From contig JBELMC010000001.1 of NCBI GenBank assembly GCA_042096155.1, forward strand, positions 79,619 through 143,618: a DNA stretch of 64,000 bases, read 5' to 3'. Both the position numbers and the translations under genes were made by a program. Source of the stretch: Dinoroseobacter sp. (lineage in GTDB: Bacteria; Pseudomonadota; Alphaproteobacteria; Rhodobacterales; Rhodobacteraceae). This document shows, piece by piece, positions 48,638 through 63,059 of this stretch. The notes under the pieces are model-generated. The model saw only the letters and a list, made by a program, of their open reading frames with translations, did no database searches and was not told where the DNA came from. Numbering within the stretch: the stretch's first letter is position 1; each line of letters begins with the position of its first letter.

Positions 48638-49543
48638 CTACCAATCATCGGGGCCCTTATCGGCAAATTCACGGACCAAAAAGTCGATGAATGCCCGGAC
48701 TTTGGGCTGGGTGAAGCGGCCCGGCGGATAGGCCGCATATATGCCTTGTCTTTCGACCGGCAGCTCGGGCATCGCTTCTTCGATCAGGCCTTCTTTCAAC
48801 GCCTCAGAATACAGAAATGAGGGCAAATAGGCGATGCCAAGGCCGGAAACTGAAGCATTTAACAGGCTTTGTCCATCATTTACAGTCAGCCAGCCACTGG
48901 TGCGGACTTGCCGCTTCTCACCGGATGGCGCCGTAATTTTCCAGACACTTGCCGCCGCCTGGTTGGAGTAATGCAGCAATTTATGGTTGTTCAGATCGTC
49001 GATTTTTTCGGGATAGCCGTATTTGGCAAAATATTCAGGCGAGGCGACCATACGTTTGCTGGTTTCCGACAGTTTTCTTGCGCGCAACGTGCTGTCTTCC
49101 AGCTCACCAATGCGCACGGCCATGTCAAAGCCTTCCGAGATCAGTTCAACATACCGATTGCTAAGCACCATATTGACAGTGATATCGGGATATTCATGCA
49201 AGAAACCGGACAGAACAGGTGACAGATAGCCAACACCGAAATCCGTCGCGACACTGATGCGCAGCAATCCAGACGGGGCGCTCTGCATAGCGCTGACCAG
49301 CTGGTCGGCTTCCCCTGCATCATTGAGCACACGGCGGGCGCGATCATAATAGGCCAGACCAATCTCAGTGGGACTGACCCGGCGCGTGGTCCGGTTGAGC
49401 AATCGTGCGCCCAATCTTGCCTCGAGTGACGAGACATGCTTGGACACTGCCGATTTAGATATTCCCATTTTCTTCGCGGCGTCGGTAAACCCACCTTGGC
49501 CTACGACGGTGGCAAAGGCCTCCATTTCCGTCAATCTGTCCAT
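48638..49543 (-). CDS. LysR family transcriptional regulator (CrgA-like)
   Basis: HTH GGFTDAAKKMGISKSAVSKHV, LLNRTTRRVSPTEIG and DMAVRIG motifs. Confidence 0.95.
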   Translation of the reverse strand: MDRLTEMEAFATVVGQGGFTDAAKKMGISKSAVSKHVSSLEARLGARLLNRTTRRVSPTEIGLAYYDRARRVLNDAGEADQLVSAMQSAPSGLLRISVATDFGVGYLSPVLSGFLHEYPDITVNMVLSNRYVELISEGFDMAVRIGELEDSTLRARKLSETSKRMVASPEYFAKYGYPEKIDDLNNHKLLHYSNQAAASVWKITAPSGEKRQVRTSGWLTVNDGQSLLNASVSGLGIAYLPSFLYSEALKEGLIEEAMPELPVERQGIYAAYPPGRFTQPKVRAFIDFLVREFADKGPDDW

Positions 49544-49677
49544 CTATAACCTCGATCCGTGTTATCTGTCGGAAACAGGTATCACCGCTAAATTGGGCAG
49601 AACTTGGTCCGAGGCAAGACAGTGCCGTGGTAATTGCCGCATAGTTCGAGGTATTGAAACAGCCGCAGAGGATGTGT

Positions 49678-52666
<2,989 letters not shown>

Positions 52667-52683
52667 CCGCAGTGCCCTTTTGT

Positions 52684-53463
52684 TTAGCTCAGCAATCGCC
52701 GCAGAATACCGATCCCAGACAGCGGGGTAATCGAAGGCGGCGTCACAGGTTGCGCTTGCACAGACTGAGGGATCTGTTGGGCCAATGGCTCAGACGCCGG
52801 TCCCTCGCCATTGCGGGCTTTGACCTGCGTTACATAGGACCGCACGATTTCCAAACCTTGGTTTGCTTTTATTGGCTGTGCCGACGATCCCATCACGGAC
52901 AGAGTCACTCCCGACCCTTTTATATCGGTGATCGCGCGCCAATATTCATCCGCCAGTCCGGGCTGGTCGTTGGGGCTGGTGTCGCGCACCCGCAAAAACA
53001 GCGTGTCGTCCATCGCAAAGCTTTCAAGGACCTCAACTGTACTGGGATCATTCGCGCGGCTTAGAAGCTCTCGCCCGGTTTCAGAACGCAACAAACCATC
53101 AAGATCATTCAAGTTCTCTGTGACAGGCGACGATGTCGGCCCACCAACCGAGGCCAGCAAAACCGCGGGGTGGCTTGGCGCTTGGGCCCGCGATGAACCC
53201 GTGATCGCCGCACAACTGGCCAGCAACACGAATGCGGTGTCGCCTGAGGCCTTGCGATACTTGGGGTCAATACAAAAGCCCTCGGGGCCAGCAATTTTCA
53301 CGCCTGCACCGCCAATTGTTGCTTCACGTTGCCCGGCATATCCCGTCAACGCCCCGAAAAGGCTGTTGCCATAACCGCCATTCGAGGTCGACAAAACTGA
53401 CCCGCCGAACCCGCCGCCGCATCCAGCCAAAGCCAGAAAGGCGACCAGCCCAATCGGTTTCAC
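52684..53463 (-). CDS. Putative lipoprotein, function unknown
   Basis: GTG 53463 gives MKPIGLVAFLALAGC, a lipobox; GPEGFCID...LLASC motif; abuts the ilvD stop. Confidence 0.75.
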   Translation of the reverse strand: MKPIGLVAFLALAGCGGGFGGSVLSTSNGGYGNSLFGALTGYAGQREATIGGAGVKIAGPEGFCIDPKYRKASGDTAFVLLASCAAITGSSRAQAPSHPAVLLASVGGPTSSPVTENLNDLDGLLRSETGRELLSRANDPSTVEVLESFAMDDTLFLRVRDTSPNDQPGLADEYWRAITDIKGSGVTLSVMGSSAQPIKANQGLEIVRSYVTQVKARNGEGPASEPLAQQIPQSVQAQPVTPPSITPLSGIGILRRLLS

Positions 53464-53464
53464 C

Positions 53465-55192
53465 CTAAAGATCCATGTAGATATGAGCTTCTTTGCTTGC
53501 GCCCGGATGAGTAACCGCACCATGCTTGGTTGCCCCCACAAGCTGAGCATATTTCCACAACGCACCAGACGCATAAATCGTCTCCCTCGGACCTGCCCAC
53601 TCAGATTTTCTTGTTTCCAGTTCATCTTGGGTGAGCGCCACGCTCAACTCGCCCTTTATGGCATCCAAAGTTATCACGTCACCATCTTTCAGCAAAGCGA
53701 TTGGCCCGCCATGAGCCGCCTCTGGTCCAACATGACCGACGCAAAAGCCACGGGTCGCCCCCGAGAAGCGACCATCTGTGATCAAAGCGACCTTTTTACC
53801 CATGCCCTGGCCCGACAACGCGGCGGTGGTGGCCAACATCTCGCGCATGCCAGGGCCGCCTGCGGGCCCCTCGTTGCGGATCACAAGGACTTCGCCTTCT
53901 TCATATTGGCGGGCCTTTACGGCTTCGAATGCGTCTTCTTCACACTCAAAAACGCGGGCGGGGCCCACAAAGCGCTGATGCTGGGTTTCCATACCGGCGA
54001 CTTTCACAATTGCACCATCGGGGGCCAAATTTCCTTTCAGCCCAACAACGCCACCGGTCGCGGTGATCGGTGTCTCAACTGCGTAGATGACTTTGCCATC
54101 GGCTTTGCGGGTCACTTGATCCAGCTCTTCGCCCATCGCTCTGCCAGTTGCGGTCATGCAGGCCTCGTGGATCAGTCCGGCTTTGCGCAATTCATTCATA
54201 ACAACTGGTACACCACCCGATTCGTAGAGATCCTTTGCGACATAGGTGCCACCCGGCTTGAGATTGACGAAGTAAGGTGTGTCGCGGAAAATATCACAGA
54301 CGTCGTCGAGACCAAAATCAATCCCAGCCTCATGAGCAATCGCAGGCAGGTGCAAGCCAGCATTGGTCGAGCCTCCCGTACACGCCACCACACGCGCCGC
54401 GTTTTCCAACGACTTGCGGGTGACGATATCGCGCGCCCGAATATTCTTTTCAATCAGCGCCATAACAGCCTGACCCGATGCGATACAGTACTGATCGCGG
54501 CTTTCATACGGCGCCGGTGCCCCAGAAGAGTTTGGCAATGCAAGCCCGATCGCCTCGGATACACAAGCCATGGTATTGGCGGTGAACTGACCACCACACG
54601 CGCCAGCACTCGGACAGGCGACGCGCTCCAAGACGTCGAGAGCCGCGTCCGACATATTGCCCGCCTGATGTTGGCCGACCGCCTCGAACACATCCTGGAC
54701 AGTGACGTCCTTGCCCTCAAGACGGCCCGGCAAAATCGATCCGCCATAGATAAAAACCGAAGGGGTGTTTAACCGCACCATTGCCATCATCATTCCTGGC
54801 AGCGACTTGTCACAGCCCGCAAGCCCGACAATCGCGTCATAGCAATGACCGCGCATGGTCAGCTCAACGGTATCTGCAATCGCTTCGCGCGACGCAAGCG
54901 AGCTGCGCATGCCTTCGTGGCCCATCGCGATACCGTCGGTGACAGTGATTGTCGTGAACTCGCGCGGTGTGCCGTCGCCTTGCTTGACACCCAGCTTGAC
55001 AGCCTGTGCCTGACGGTTCAGCGCGATGTTGCAAGGGGCCGCCTCATTCCAGCAGGTGGCGACGCCCACCCAAGGTTGATGGATTTCGTCTTCACCCAGA
55101 CCCATCGCATAGAAATAGGACCGATGCGGCGCGCGTGACGGTCCCTCGGTCACGTGACGGCTGGGTAGGTTGGCTTTGTCAATGCGGGACAT
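53465..55192 (-). CDS. ilvD: Dihydroxy-acid dehydratase
   Basis: [45 protein letters not shown] and TDGRFSG motifs. Confidence 0.96.
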   Translation of the reverse strand: MSRIDKANLPSRHVTEGPSRAPHRSYFYAMGLGEDEIHQPWVGVATCWNEAAPCNIALNRQAQAVKLGVKQGDGTPREFTTITVTDGIAMGHEGMRSSLASREAIADTVELTMRGHCYDAIVGLAGCDKSLPGMMMAMVRLNTPSVFIYGGSILPGRLEGKDVTVQDVFEAVGQHQAGNMSDAALDVLERVACPSAGACGGQFTANTMACVSEAIGLALPNSSGAPAPYESRDQYCIASGQAVMALIEKNIRARDIVTRKSLENAARVVACTGGSTNAGLHLPAIAHEAGIDFGLDDVCDIFRDTPYFVNLKPGGTYVAKDLYESGGVPVVMNELRKAGLIHEACMTATGRAMGEELDQVTRKADGKVIYAVETPITATGGVVGLKGNLAPDGAIVKVAGMETQHQRFVGPARVFECEEDAFEAVKARQYEEGEVLVIRNEGPAGGPGMREMLATTAALSGQGMGKKVALITDGRFSGATRGFCVGHVGPEAAHGGPIALLKDGDVITLDAIKGELSVALTQDELETRKSEWAGPRETIYASGALWKYAQLVGATKHGAVTHPGASKEAHIYMDL

Positions 55193-55315
55193 GGCGGTTT
55201 TCCTCCGAGTAGACGTTGGCATTGGGATAAGAGAGTGCGCCCCACTGCACAAGCGCGATTGCACCCAGAGAGACCGGTGGATAAGATTCCAATATCTGTG
55301 TTTGATGGATCTGCC

Positions 55316-56215
55316 ATGTCTTATGCCGCCCAAGCCGCTTTTATCGCGCCTGCCGCCAAACGCCCTGCGATCTGGCGTCTGGGCGTTGGGGTGGCCACAG
55401 CTCTGGTTGTCTATATCGGTACAATTGCGGGGCTGGCTGGGCTGGCGCATCTGTTTCTGGGCGAGGCAGAATCCTCTCTCTTGATCGCGAGCATCGAAAC
55501 CGGCGGCACCCCGACTTCGACATTGTTGATGCTCACGAGCTTTGTTGGCATGGCGCTGGGGGCCATCTGTGCCGCCGCTTGGCATCTGCGCGGTCCTCTG
55601 AGTTTAATCGGCCCTTTGCGACGTGCGGCGTCACATTTCGGGATCGCGTTTGTCATTGCTTCGGGGCTTCTTGGAGCGTCGATTGCGCTGTTTTTGACCT
55701 CAAATGATGTCGATCCGGGCCTGCCGTTGACGCTTTGGCTTTGGTTTTTGCCCTTTGCGATACTGGCGTTATTGGTGCAAACCGGCGCAGAAGAACTGTT
55801 GTTTCGCGGCTATCTGCAACAGCAATTCGCGGCGCGGTTTTCCAGCCCAATGCTTTGGCTGATCTTGCCGTCACTGGTGTTCGGAGCCTTGCATTTTGAT
55901 CCCAGCACGCCAGGCTTGAGTGGTTGTCTCATCGCCGCCGCAGCCACGCTCTTTGGCCTGTGCGCCGCCGATCTAACGGCCCGCACGGGAACGCTTGGGG
56001 CCGCATGGGGCTTTCATTTTGCCAACAATGTGGCAGCAATCTTGACGATCTCATTGCCCGATAAAACGTCTGGTTTATCGCTATACCTGACCCAATTTGG
56101 CTTTGCCGATACACAGATCGTTGTTCCAATGATTGTCCAAGATATGGCGACCAGCCTGTTGATTTGGCTGGTGGTCCGGTGGGTGCTGCGCCCCGCTGAA
56201 ACAGTTCGGACGTAA
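55316..56215 (+). CDS. CPBP (CAAX/Abi-like) intramembrane metalloprotease
   Basis: [20 protein letters not shown] and [10 protein letters not shown] motifs. Confidence 0.92.
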   Translation: MSYAAQAAFIAPAAKRPAIWRLGVGVATALVVYIGTIAGLAGLAHLFLGEAESSLLIASIETGGTPTSTLLMLTSFVGMALGAICAAAWHLRGPLSLIGPLRRAASHFGIAFVIASGLLGASIALFLTSNDVDPGLPLTLWLWFLPFAILALLVQTGAEELLFRGYLQQQFAARFSSPMLWLILPSLVFGALHFDPSTPGLSGCLIAAAATLFGLCAADLTARTGTLGAAWGFHFANNVAAILTISLPDKTSGLSLYLTQFGFADTQIVVPMIVQDMATSLLIWLVVRWVLRPAETVRT

Positions 56216-56296
56216 GCGCATGATTGTCGTCAAAATTTCTTCACGCTGCCGCTTTCTTGCCCCTTTTTTCCACCAATGGTTAACAAAGGTAGGCAG

Positions 56297-56524
56297 ATGG
56301 AGTTGAAGGCAGGACAAATGCGAGAGCAAGGCAAAAAGACCGCGCATGTCACCATCGAATGGGGCGCTTTATCGCCAACCATCGAGACATTGGGGTTTCG
56401 GACCACGAAAGGCTCCACACCGCACCGCGCCAGCCAACCGGACGCCTATGCCACGCTCTGCATGATACTGCGCGAAAACGGCACATCGGGCTATCTGTCC
56501 GCCAAAGTCCAGCGAGTCTGGTAA
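56297..56524 (+). CDS. Possible small hypothetical protein (75 aa)
   Basis: ORF within a 415-bp gap; AGG-containing sequence before ATG 56297; no recognisable motif. Confidence 0.3.
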   Translation: MELKAGQMREQGKKTAHVTIEWGALSPTIETLGFRTTKGSTPHRASQPDAYATLCMILRENGTSGYLSAKVQRVW

Positions 56525-56630
56525 ACCAGACCTTCGACATGTTTTGCGGCTGGCGAGTCGCTGCGCCGATTGCATTTCACCCGCTTGCGCCTTAACTGAC
56601 GACAACTGCGTCAAGAAGGCCCTGTGTGCG

Positions 56631-57599
56631 ATGAACTGGATCTCGAACTACGTCCGTCCCAAAATAAACTCGCTGTTCTCGCGCCGCGAGGTCCCAGAGA
56701 ATCTTTGGACCAAATGCACCAATTGCGGAACAATGCTGTTCCACCGTGAACTATCGGATAACCTTAACGTTTGTCCATCATGCGGCCATCACATGGGGAT
56801 CAGCCCGCGTGACAGGTTCACTGCCCTGTTTGATGGCGGTATTTTTACCGAGGTGGAGGTGCCTGACCCGATCGCAGATCCGTTGCAATTCCGCGACCAG
56901 AAAAAATATCCCGAGCGGATGAAAGCCGCCCAAAAGATCACAGGCGAGGCCGAAGCAATGCTTGTGGCCGAGGGCGAGATAGGCCGCACGCCGATTGTTG
57001 CAGCGGCACAGGACTTTTCATTCATGGCCGGATCCATGGGCATGTATGTTGGCAATGCGATTATCGCCGCGGCCGAGCGGGCGATCTTGCTCAAACGTCC
57101 CTTGGTGCTGTTCTCGGCGGCCGGTGGCGCGCGCATGCAAGAGGGCATTCTGAGCCTGATGCAAATGCCGCGCTCGACCGTGGCGATTCACATGCTTCGC
57201 GAAGCGGGTCTGCCGTATATCGTGGTCCTGACCCACCCAACAACTGGCGGTGTCACGGCATCTTATGCGATGCTGGGAGATGTGCATATTGCAGAGCCAA
57301 ACGCGTTGATCTGCTTTGCCGGTCCACGCGTGATCGAACAAACAATCCGTGAAAAGCTGCCCGAAGGGTTCCAGCGGGCCGAATATCTTTTGGATCACGG
57401 CATGCTTGATCGCGTCACGCCGCGCACGAAAATGCGCGATGAACTGATCACGATCACCCGGATGTTGCTGGGCCTCCCCCCAGCCGTGAGGGGCGATTTG
57501 CCGCCGCCATTGCCCGAGCCTGAACCCAAAGCCGAACAACCTGCCTTGCCGCAAGACGAAGCCGCAACACCCGCCGCGCAACCGAAATCCAAAACGTGA
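56631..57599 (+). CDS. accD: Acetyl-CoA carboxylase carboxyltransferase beta subunit
   Basis: [19 protein letters not shown]...CPSCGHH Zn finger, GGARMQEG and [14 protein letters not shown] motifs. Confidence 0.97.
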   Translation: MNWISNYVRPKINSLFSRREVPENLWTKCTNCGTMLFHRELSDNLNVCPSCGHHMGISPRDRFTALFDGGIFTEVEVPDPIADPLQFRDQKKYPERMKAAQKITGEAEAMLVAEGEIGRTPIVAAAQDFSFMAGSMGMYVGNAIIAAAERAILLKRPLVLFSAAGGARMQEGILSLMQMPRSTVAIHMLREAGLPYIVVLTHPTTGGVTASYAMLGDVHIAEPNALICFAGPRVIEQTIREKLPEGFQRAEYLLDHGMLDRVTPRTKMRDELITITRMLLGLPPAVRGDLPPPLPEPEPKAEQPALPQDEAATPAAQPKSKT

Positions 57600-58870
57600 A
57601 TACCCCCGCTTCAGACGCGCTTTTGTCGCGGATGATGGACTTGCACCCCAAAGTCATGGATCTGGTGCTGGACCGGGTCTGGTCGTTATTGGACGCGATG
57701 GGCAACCCTCAGCGCGATTTACCGCCCGTGATCCACATCGCGGGAACCAATGGAAAAGGGTCGACCCAGGCGATGATGCGCGCCGGAATTGAAGGAGCAG
57801 GTCTTCGCACGCACGCCTATACATCGCCCCACCTCGCCCGGTTTCATGAACGGATCCGGTTGGCAGGCAGGTTGATCGACGAAGAGGCGCTGAGCGCCGT
57901 TCTCGACGAGTGTTTAACCGCGAACGGTCCTGACCCTATTACCTATTTCGAAATTACCACTGTCGCTGCACTGGTCGCCTTCGCTCGTGTCAAAGCCGAC
58001 TATACCTTGTTGGAAGTCGGCCTTGGGGGGCGTCTGGACGCCACCAATGTTGTCGACGCACCGGCCCTTACGGTGATCACCCCGGTTGATCTGGATCACC
58101 AGCAATTCCTCGGCGAAACATTGACCGAAATTGCCGGCGAAAAAGCCGGAATTCTGAAACGCAATGTACCTTGTGTGGTTGGCCCACAGCAAGACGCCGC
58201 CCTGGATGTTATCGAGCGTCAGGCCGCCCGACTTGGGGCCCCGCTTTCGGTCTATGGTCAACACTGGCACAGTGCGCGCGAAGGCGACCGGCTGGTGTTT
58301 CAAGACGAAAACGGGCTTCTCGATCTGCCGCTGCCTGCTTTGACCGGGCCGCATCAAATCCAGAATGCCGGAATAGCCTTGGCAGGATTGCGCGCCTTGG
58401 ATCTTCCCGATGCAGCCTTCGACGCCGCCATGACCGACGTATCCTGGCCCGCCCGCATGCAGCGCCTGCGCACAGGTCCACTGGTGGAAGCCGCCCCTGG
58501 ATGCGAGATCTGGCTTGATGGCGGCCATAATCCAGCCGCCGGTCAGGCAATCGCACGAACTCTTTCAACTATGGCCAAACGCGACACGCATCTGGTCTGT
58601 GGAATGCTGAACACAAAAGATGTGACGGGGTTCATGGCGCCGCTTTTGCAAGTCGCAGACAATCTGACCGCAATTTCGATCCCAGACGCGCCAGCCACGC
58701 TGAGCGCCGCGCAAACGGCTGAAACGGCCCACAGCGCCGGGTTCAAGACCACACAATCACCAAACGCGCTCGCGGCCGTACAGGCTGTGGCTGCTCGGCA
58801 CCCTGGCGCTCGGATCCTGATCTGTGGGTCGCTTTATCTTGCAGGTGATGTGCTCAAAACCAACGGCTGA
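57596..58870 (+). CDS. folC: Folylpolyglutamate synthase / dihydrofolate synthase
   Basis: [35 protein letters not shown] and LDGGHN motifs. Confidence 0.96.
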   Translation: MNTPASDALLSRMMDLHPKVMDLVLDRVWSLLDAMGNPQRDLPPVIHIAGTNGKGSTQAMMRAGIEGAGLRTHAYTSPHLARFHERIRLAGRLIDEEALSAVLDECLTANGPDPITYFEITTVAALVAFARVKADYTLLEVGLGGRLDATNVVDAPALTVITPVDLDHQQFLGETLTEIAGEKAGILKRNVPCVVGPQQDAALDVIERQAARLGAPLSVYGQHWHSAREGDRLVFQDENGLLDLPLPALTGPHQIQNAGIALAGLRALDLPDAAFDAAMTDVSWPARMQRLRTGPLVEAAPGCEIWLDGGHNPAAGQAIARTLSTMAKRDTHLVCGMLNTKDVTGFMAPLLQVADNLTAISIPDAPATLSAAQTAETAHSAGFKTTQSPNALAAVQAVAARHPGARILICGSLYLAGDVLKTNG

Positions 58871-58935
58871 GCCCCACTGCACGCATTCGTTGTTCTAATA
58901 AAACGCCCGCTCAAGGCATTCTTGTTGCGAAAACC

Positions 58936-60006
58936 TTATCCCCATGACGCTGATTGCATTTCACGCAATCGACTGGCTGTCCGCTCGAACTCAAATGAAC
59001 CCTCGCCTTCAACATAAAGCGTTTCAGGCGGTGAAGCCGCAGAGCACATCAGCACCACACCCGCCTCATAAAGCGCATCAATCAAAGTAACAAATCGCTT
59101 GGCCTCATTGAAATTATCTCTGCCAAGACGCGGAATATCTTCTAAGATCAGTACCTTCACAGCATCCGCCAGTGCCAGATAATCCGCAGCACCCAGTGGC
59201 TTGCCGCACAGCTCCCAAAATCCAAGACGGGCGACGCCATTGTGAAAATACGCGATGTCCAGCGCGCGCCCCTTCACCATCAGGGTCAGGCCAGTGTTTT
59301 TGTCCGCAGACAAATCCGTCCAGATCCCATTTAAAGCAGCCCGCGCGGCTGCGTTGGACGGTGTAAAATACCGCGGCTCTCCCTCTAGCCGGTTCTGACG
59401 ATAATCCGTGTCCGACACCAATGGATGGATGATCAGTTTCGTCGAAATCAATGCGATAAACGGCAGGAATTGATCGCGGTTCCAACCGTCTTTGTACAGC
59501 TCCGAGGGTGCGCGGTTCGAGGTCGTCACGACAATCACACCCGCGTCAAACAACAGCCTGAACAACCGCCCCACCAACATAGCATCGGTTATATCACTGA
59601 TCTGCATTTCGTCGAAACACAGCAATCGAGCGGTTTTGGCAATGTCTTTGGCCACCGGGACGAGAGCATCCTCGACACCGGTTTTTCGAGCCTCGTGAAG
59701 CGCCGCGTGCACCTGCTGCATAAAGGCGTGGAAATGGACCCGGCGTTTTTGCGGCACCGCGACAATCTCGAAAAAGAAGTCCATCAACATTGATTTACCG
59801 CGTCCGACACCCCCCCACAGATACGCGCCGCGTGGTCCATCAATCGGCTTGCTTTTGCCCAACCGCCACAAAATAGAGCGTTTTGGCACCGGCGCTTCGA
59901 CCTGTTGCCGAACCTGTTCCAAGACATCAAGCGCATGCAATTGCGCCGGATCATGGCGCAACTCTCCCGCTTTCACGCGCGCTCGGTATCGTGTCGTCAA
60001 AGACAT
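58936..60006 (-). CDS. zapE: AFG1/ZapE family ATPase
   Basis: YLWGGVGRGKSMLMD, HFHAFM, CFDEMQ, TSNRAP-ELY and RFVTLIDALYE motifs. Confidence 0.93.
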   Translation of the reverse strand: MSLTTRYRARVKAGELRHDPAQLHALDVLEQVRQQVEAPVPKRSILWRLGKSKPIDGPRGAYLWGGVGRGKSMLMDFFFEIVAVPQKRRVHFHAFMQQVHAALHEARKTGVEDALVPVAKDIAKTARLLCFDEMQISDITDAMLVGRLFRLLFDAGVIVVTTSNRAPSELYKDGWNRDQFLPFIALISTKLIIHPLVSDTDYRQNRLEGEPRYFTPSNAAARAALNGIWTDLSADKNTGLTLMVKGRALDIAYFHNGVARLGFWELCGKPLGAADYLALADAVKVLILEDIPRLGRDNFNEAKRFVTLIDALYEAGVVLMCSAASPPETLYVEGEGSFEFERTASRLREMQSASWG

Positions 60007-60113
60007 GTCGCAGCTCGGTTAAGCGATCTTGATCCCAAGGGCCAGTATTTTTGATTTGCCACATCGCCATCTGTCGCGCAATGTGAGCCCACAATACGAA
60101 GTTATGGTCTCCA

Positions 60114-61355
60114 ATGCCCAAATCTGCGCCTCTATTTACCCCCGTTTTGATCGGCGGTGGGCTCATCTTGATGGTTGGCTTCGCAATCCGCGCCAGTTTT
60201 GGCGTGTTTCAGATTCCCATTGCCGAGGATTTCAATTGGCCGCGGGCTGAATTCAGCCTTGCCATCGCTGTCCAGAACCTGGCCTGGGGCATTGGTCAGC
60301 CTATTTTCGCATCGATTGCCGAGCGGTTTGGCGACCGCAAAGCGATCATTTTGGGGGCGTTGATGTATGCATCTGGCCTGGTGCTCAGCACGATGGTCAG
60401 CAGCCCGGGCGCGATGCAGGGCTTGGAACTCCTTGTCGGCTTCGGCGTCGCGGGCATGGGGTTTGGTGTGATCCTGGCCATGATCGGGCGCGCTGCAAGC
60501 CCTGAAAACCGTTCAATGGCGCTGGCATTGGCAACAGCCGCCGGCTCGCTGGGCCAAGTCATCGGCCCCCCACTCGCGGAATACCTTTTGGCATATTACA
60601 CATGGCAAACCGTTTTCTTGATCTTCGCAGCCTTTGTCTTGGCCGCCCTCGCCGCATTGCCAATGCTGCGCGCACCGATCTCGGCCAGTAAAGAAGAATT
60701 GCAAGAGTCTATTGGCGCTCTGTTGACCCGTGCGTTCAAAGACCCCAGCTACGCGCTGATTTTTCTCGGTTTCTTCAGCTGTGGGTATCAACTGGCATTC
60801 ATCACCGCACATTTTCCCGCCTTCGTCACCGAATTGTGCGGTCCCATTGCGACAGGCTCGTTTCTGGCGACAATGGGCGTCGGCACGGCTTCGGCCCTTG
60901 GAGCTTTGTCGATCGCTTTGATTGGTCTGGCCAATATCGCAGGCACTGTATACGCCGGATACCTTGGCAACAAGTTTCCCAAAAAATACCTGCTGGCAGC
61001 GATCTACACCGGACGTACGATTGCAGCGGCGGTCTTTATCCTGCTGCCGATCACCCCAACCAGCGTTGTGGTGTTCTCGTTGATCATGGGGGCGTTGTGG
61101 CTGGCGACGGTACCGCTCACCTCAGGACTGATCGCGCATATTTACGGGCTACGTTACATGGGCACACTGTACGGGATCATCTTTTTTTCGCACCAATTGG
61201 GCGGCTTTTTAGGGGTCTGGCTCGGAGGTCGACTATACGACATTTACGGCGACTACAATTTGGTTTGGTGGATCGGTGTCGGCGTTGGTGCGTTTAGCGC
61301 GATTATTCACCTGCCGATCCGTGAAACCCGAACGCCTGTCGCAAGCGCCGCTTAA
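60114..61355 (+). CDS. MFS transporter (YbfB/YcxA-like)
   Basis: About 12 TM helices; FFSCGYQLAFI and FFSHQLGGFLGVWLGG motifs. Confidence 0.92.
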   Translation: MPKSAPLFTPVLIGGGLILMVGFAIRASFGVFQIPIAEDFNWPRAEFSLAIAVQNLAWGIGQPIFASIAERFGDRKAIILGALMYASGLVLSTMVSSPGAMQGLELLVGFGVAGMGFGVILAMIGRAASPENRSMALALATAAGSLGQVIGPPLAEYLLAYYTWQTVFLIFAAFVLAALAALPMLRAPISASKEELQESIGALLTRAFKDPSYALIFLGFFSCGYQLAFITAHFPAFVTELCGPIATGSFLATMGVGTASALGALSIALIGLANIAGTVYAGYLGNKFPKKYLLAAIYTGRTIAAAVFILLPITPTSVVVFSLIMGALWLATVPLTSGLIAHIYGLRYMGTLYGIIFFSHQLGGFLGVWLGGRLYDIYGDYNLVWWIGVGVGAFSAIIHLPIRETRTPVASAA

Positions 61356-61489
61356 CGCATATCTTTGCTTAGCTCAGCAAAGGAAGCGACTGCCGCGTGG
61401 AGATGGCTGTCAAAACACTGCGTGTTCTGCGCCTTTGACCGGAAATGGCGCCAAGACGACAAGTTCACGACCAAAACACAAAGCCTAAA

Positions 61490-62401
61490 TCAAGCAGCGG
61501 CCACAGCGTCACGGATATAAGCTGACGTCATAAGATCGAGATGCGCACCGCCTCCGTTCTTGGCGATTGTGATGGCATCAGCGTCAGAGCGCGCAAACAG
61601 CCCCGTGCTCAGATCATAAAAATCAGCCTTTATATCATCGGGCGTGATGACACCCGTTTGTAACGGGATCTCGATCTCGCCAATATGACCTATGGTGGTC
61701 GCACGGCTGTCGACAAACAGTTGAGCCTTCCTCAACGCCGCGTCGTCAAGCTCGCGCATATCCGGGCGGTAGGCCCCGATCAAATCAAGATGTGTGCCGG
61801 GCGTGATCCAGTCCCCCATCACAACTGGCTGGGTGGCCATGGTGCAGGTGAGGATCACGTCAGCGCCTGCAACGGCGTTTGGCAGGTCTGTCACCGGCCG
61901 CACAAGATCCGAAGCAAGCGCTCGTGCTCGATCGGCCGTCCGGTTCCAAACCTGAATTTGCGCGCTGGGAAAACCAACATGATACGCGTCGATCAACGAA
62001 CGCGCGACCGTACCAGCGCCAACAATCAAGATCGTGGTCACATTGGGCGGCGCCAGTTTCAAAGCGCTGAGAAGCGAATCTCCAGCGGTCTTCCATTTTG
62101 TGACCAGCTTGAAATCAAGAAACGCCGCCAAACCGCCATCCGAATCGTGAAACAACGACACCGCGCCACCGATTGTCGCCAGATTACGCTGGGCATTATT
62201 TGGATAGATCGTGGCCGTTTTGACCGCGATCCCCAATCCGTCGATCCATGCCGCGCGGCTCAGGACAGTGTCGTCGCCACGGTATAGAAATGTATCACCA
62301 ATTTCAGCGCGGGGCAGCATATGGCCCGCTTCCAAGGCACGTGTCAGAGCCAGCCAATCGAGAAATGTTTCCGCTTCGGAACCAATCATCGGTGCGGTCA
62401 T
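61490..62401 (-). CDS. Ornithine cyclodeaminase / mu-crystallin family imine reductase
   Basis: VKTATIYPNN, KTAGDS, GAGTVA, HLDLIGAY and KNGGGAHLDL motifs. Confidence 0.88.
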   Translation of the reverse strand: MTAPMIGSEAETFLDWLALTRALEAGHMLPRAEIGDTFLYRGDDTVLSRAAWIDGLGIAVKTATIYPNNAQRNLATIGGAVSLFHDSDGGLAAFLDFKLVTKWKTAGDSLLSALKLAPPNVTTILIVGAGTVARSLIDAYHVGFPSAQIQVWNRTADRARALASDLVRPVTDLPNAVAGADVILTCTMATQPVVMGDWITPGTHLDLIGAYRPDMRELDDAALRKAQLFVDSRATTIGHIGEIEIPLQTGVITPDDIKADFYDLSTGLFARSDADAITIAKNGGGAHLDLMTSAYIRDAVAAA

Positions 62402-63021
62402 GGCAACGTATCCTCCACCGTCAACAGACCTTCGGCCACCAAGCGATCGGCCCAACCTTGTGGGTGCTCAAACAGATGGGTCTGCCAGCCGCGCCGTCTT
62501 GCCTCAGAGATATTGTCAACCCGGTCATCTGCAAACAAAAGCCGCTCTGGTACAATGCCACAATCCTCTTCGACCATCTGATAAATAACAGGATCCGGCT
62601 TGATCACCCCCATCCGACCCGACACATAGCTTTTGTCAAACTCTTCGAGGAAACGGTAGATCGAAGTCGCAAAATCAAAGCTTTGAATGCCAAAATTTGT
62701 GAGCGAAAACACAGGAACGCCCTTCGACCTAAGAGCGCGAAGGCAACGTACAGATTGCGGAATCACGGGACTGGCCAGCACAATCCAGTCATCATACCAC
62801 CGTCGGATTGCTTCTCGGTGGATTGGGTTTGCCTCGGCCGTGGCATTATTCACATCGCGGAAATGTCCACCCTTGTCGATCTCGTCATTCATGCCGTGTA
62901 GATCGACTTCTGCGAACAAAGCCTTGCGCGCGGCCTCACCCATTTCGCGATCATAATAGCGTTCGGGTTGCCATTCGATCAACACGTTGCCGATGTCGAA
63001 TACCACTGCATCTACGGTCAT
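62398..63021 (-). CDS. HAD superfamily phosphatase
   Basis: VVFDIGNVL, SLTNF, KPDPVIY and FADDR motifs. Confidence 0.92.
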   Translation of the reverse strand: MTVDAVVFDIGNVLIEWQPERYYDREMGEAARKALFAEVDLHGMNDEIDKGGHFRDVNNATAEANPIHREAIRRWYDDWIVLASPVIPQSVRCLRALRSKGVPVFSLTNFGIQSFDFATSIYRFLEEFDKSYVSGRMGVIKPDPVIYQMVEEDCGIVPERLLFADDRVDNISEARRRGWQTHLFEHPQGWADRLVAEGLLTVEDTLP

Positions 63022-63059
63022 GAACTTGCCTCTTATTGTTTCTCCTTAAGCTACAATGT

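Noticed and set aside
53483-54772. 429-aa plus-strand ORF (also 26008..27066, 19388..20446, 31912..32937, 29648..30589, 49966..50847)
   Set aside because: Each is antisense to a well-supported gene (ilvD, uvrC, slt, glpD, S49/glpK, fadH) and has no domain signature.
55152-55158. CACGTGA cores as possible parS sites (also near 15640)
   Set aside because: Flanks do not match TGTTTCACGTGAAACA and the sites lie inside coding sequence.
55276-55284. Isolated DnaA-box-like GGTGGATAA (also TTATCCAAA at 39052-39060)
   Set aside because: Single imperfect boxes, not clustered and not in AT-rich DNA; compatible with chance.
55316-56215. CPBP/'Abi' protease as a phage-defence gene
   Set aside because: The Abi label for the CAAX family does not imply abortive infection; the gene sits in housekeeping context near accD-folC with no defence neighbours.
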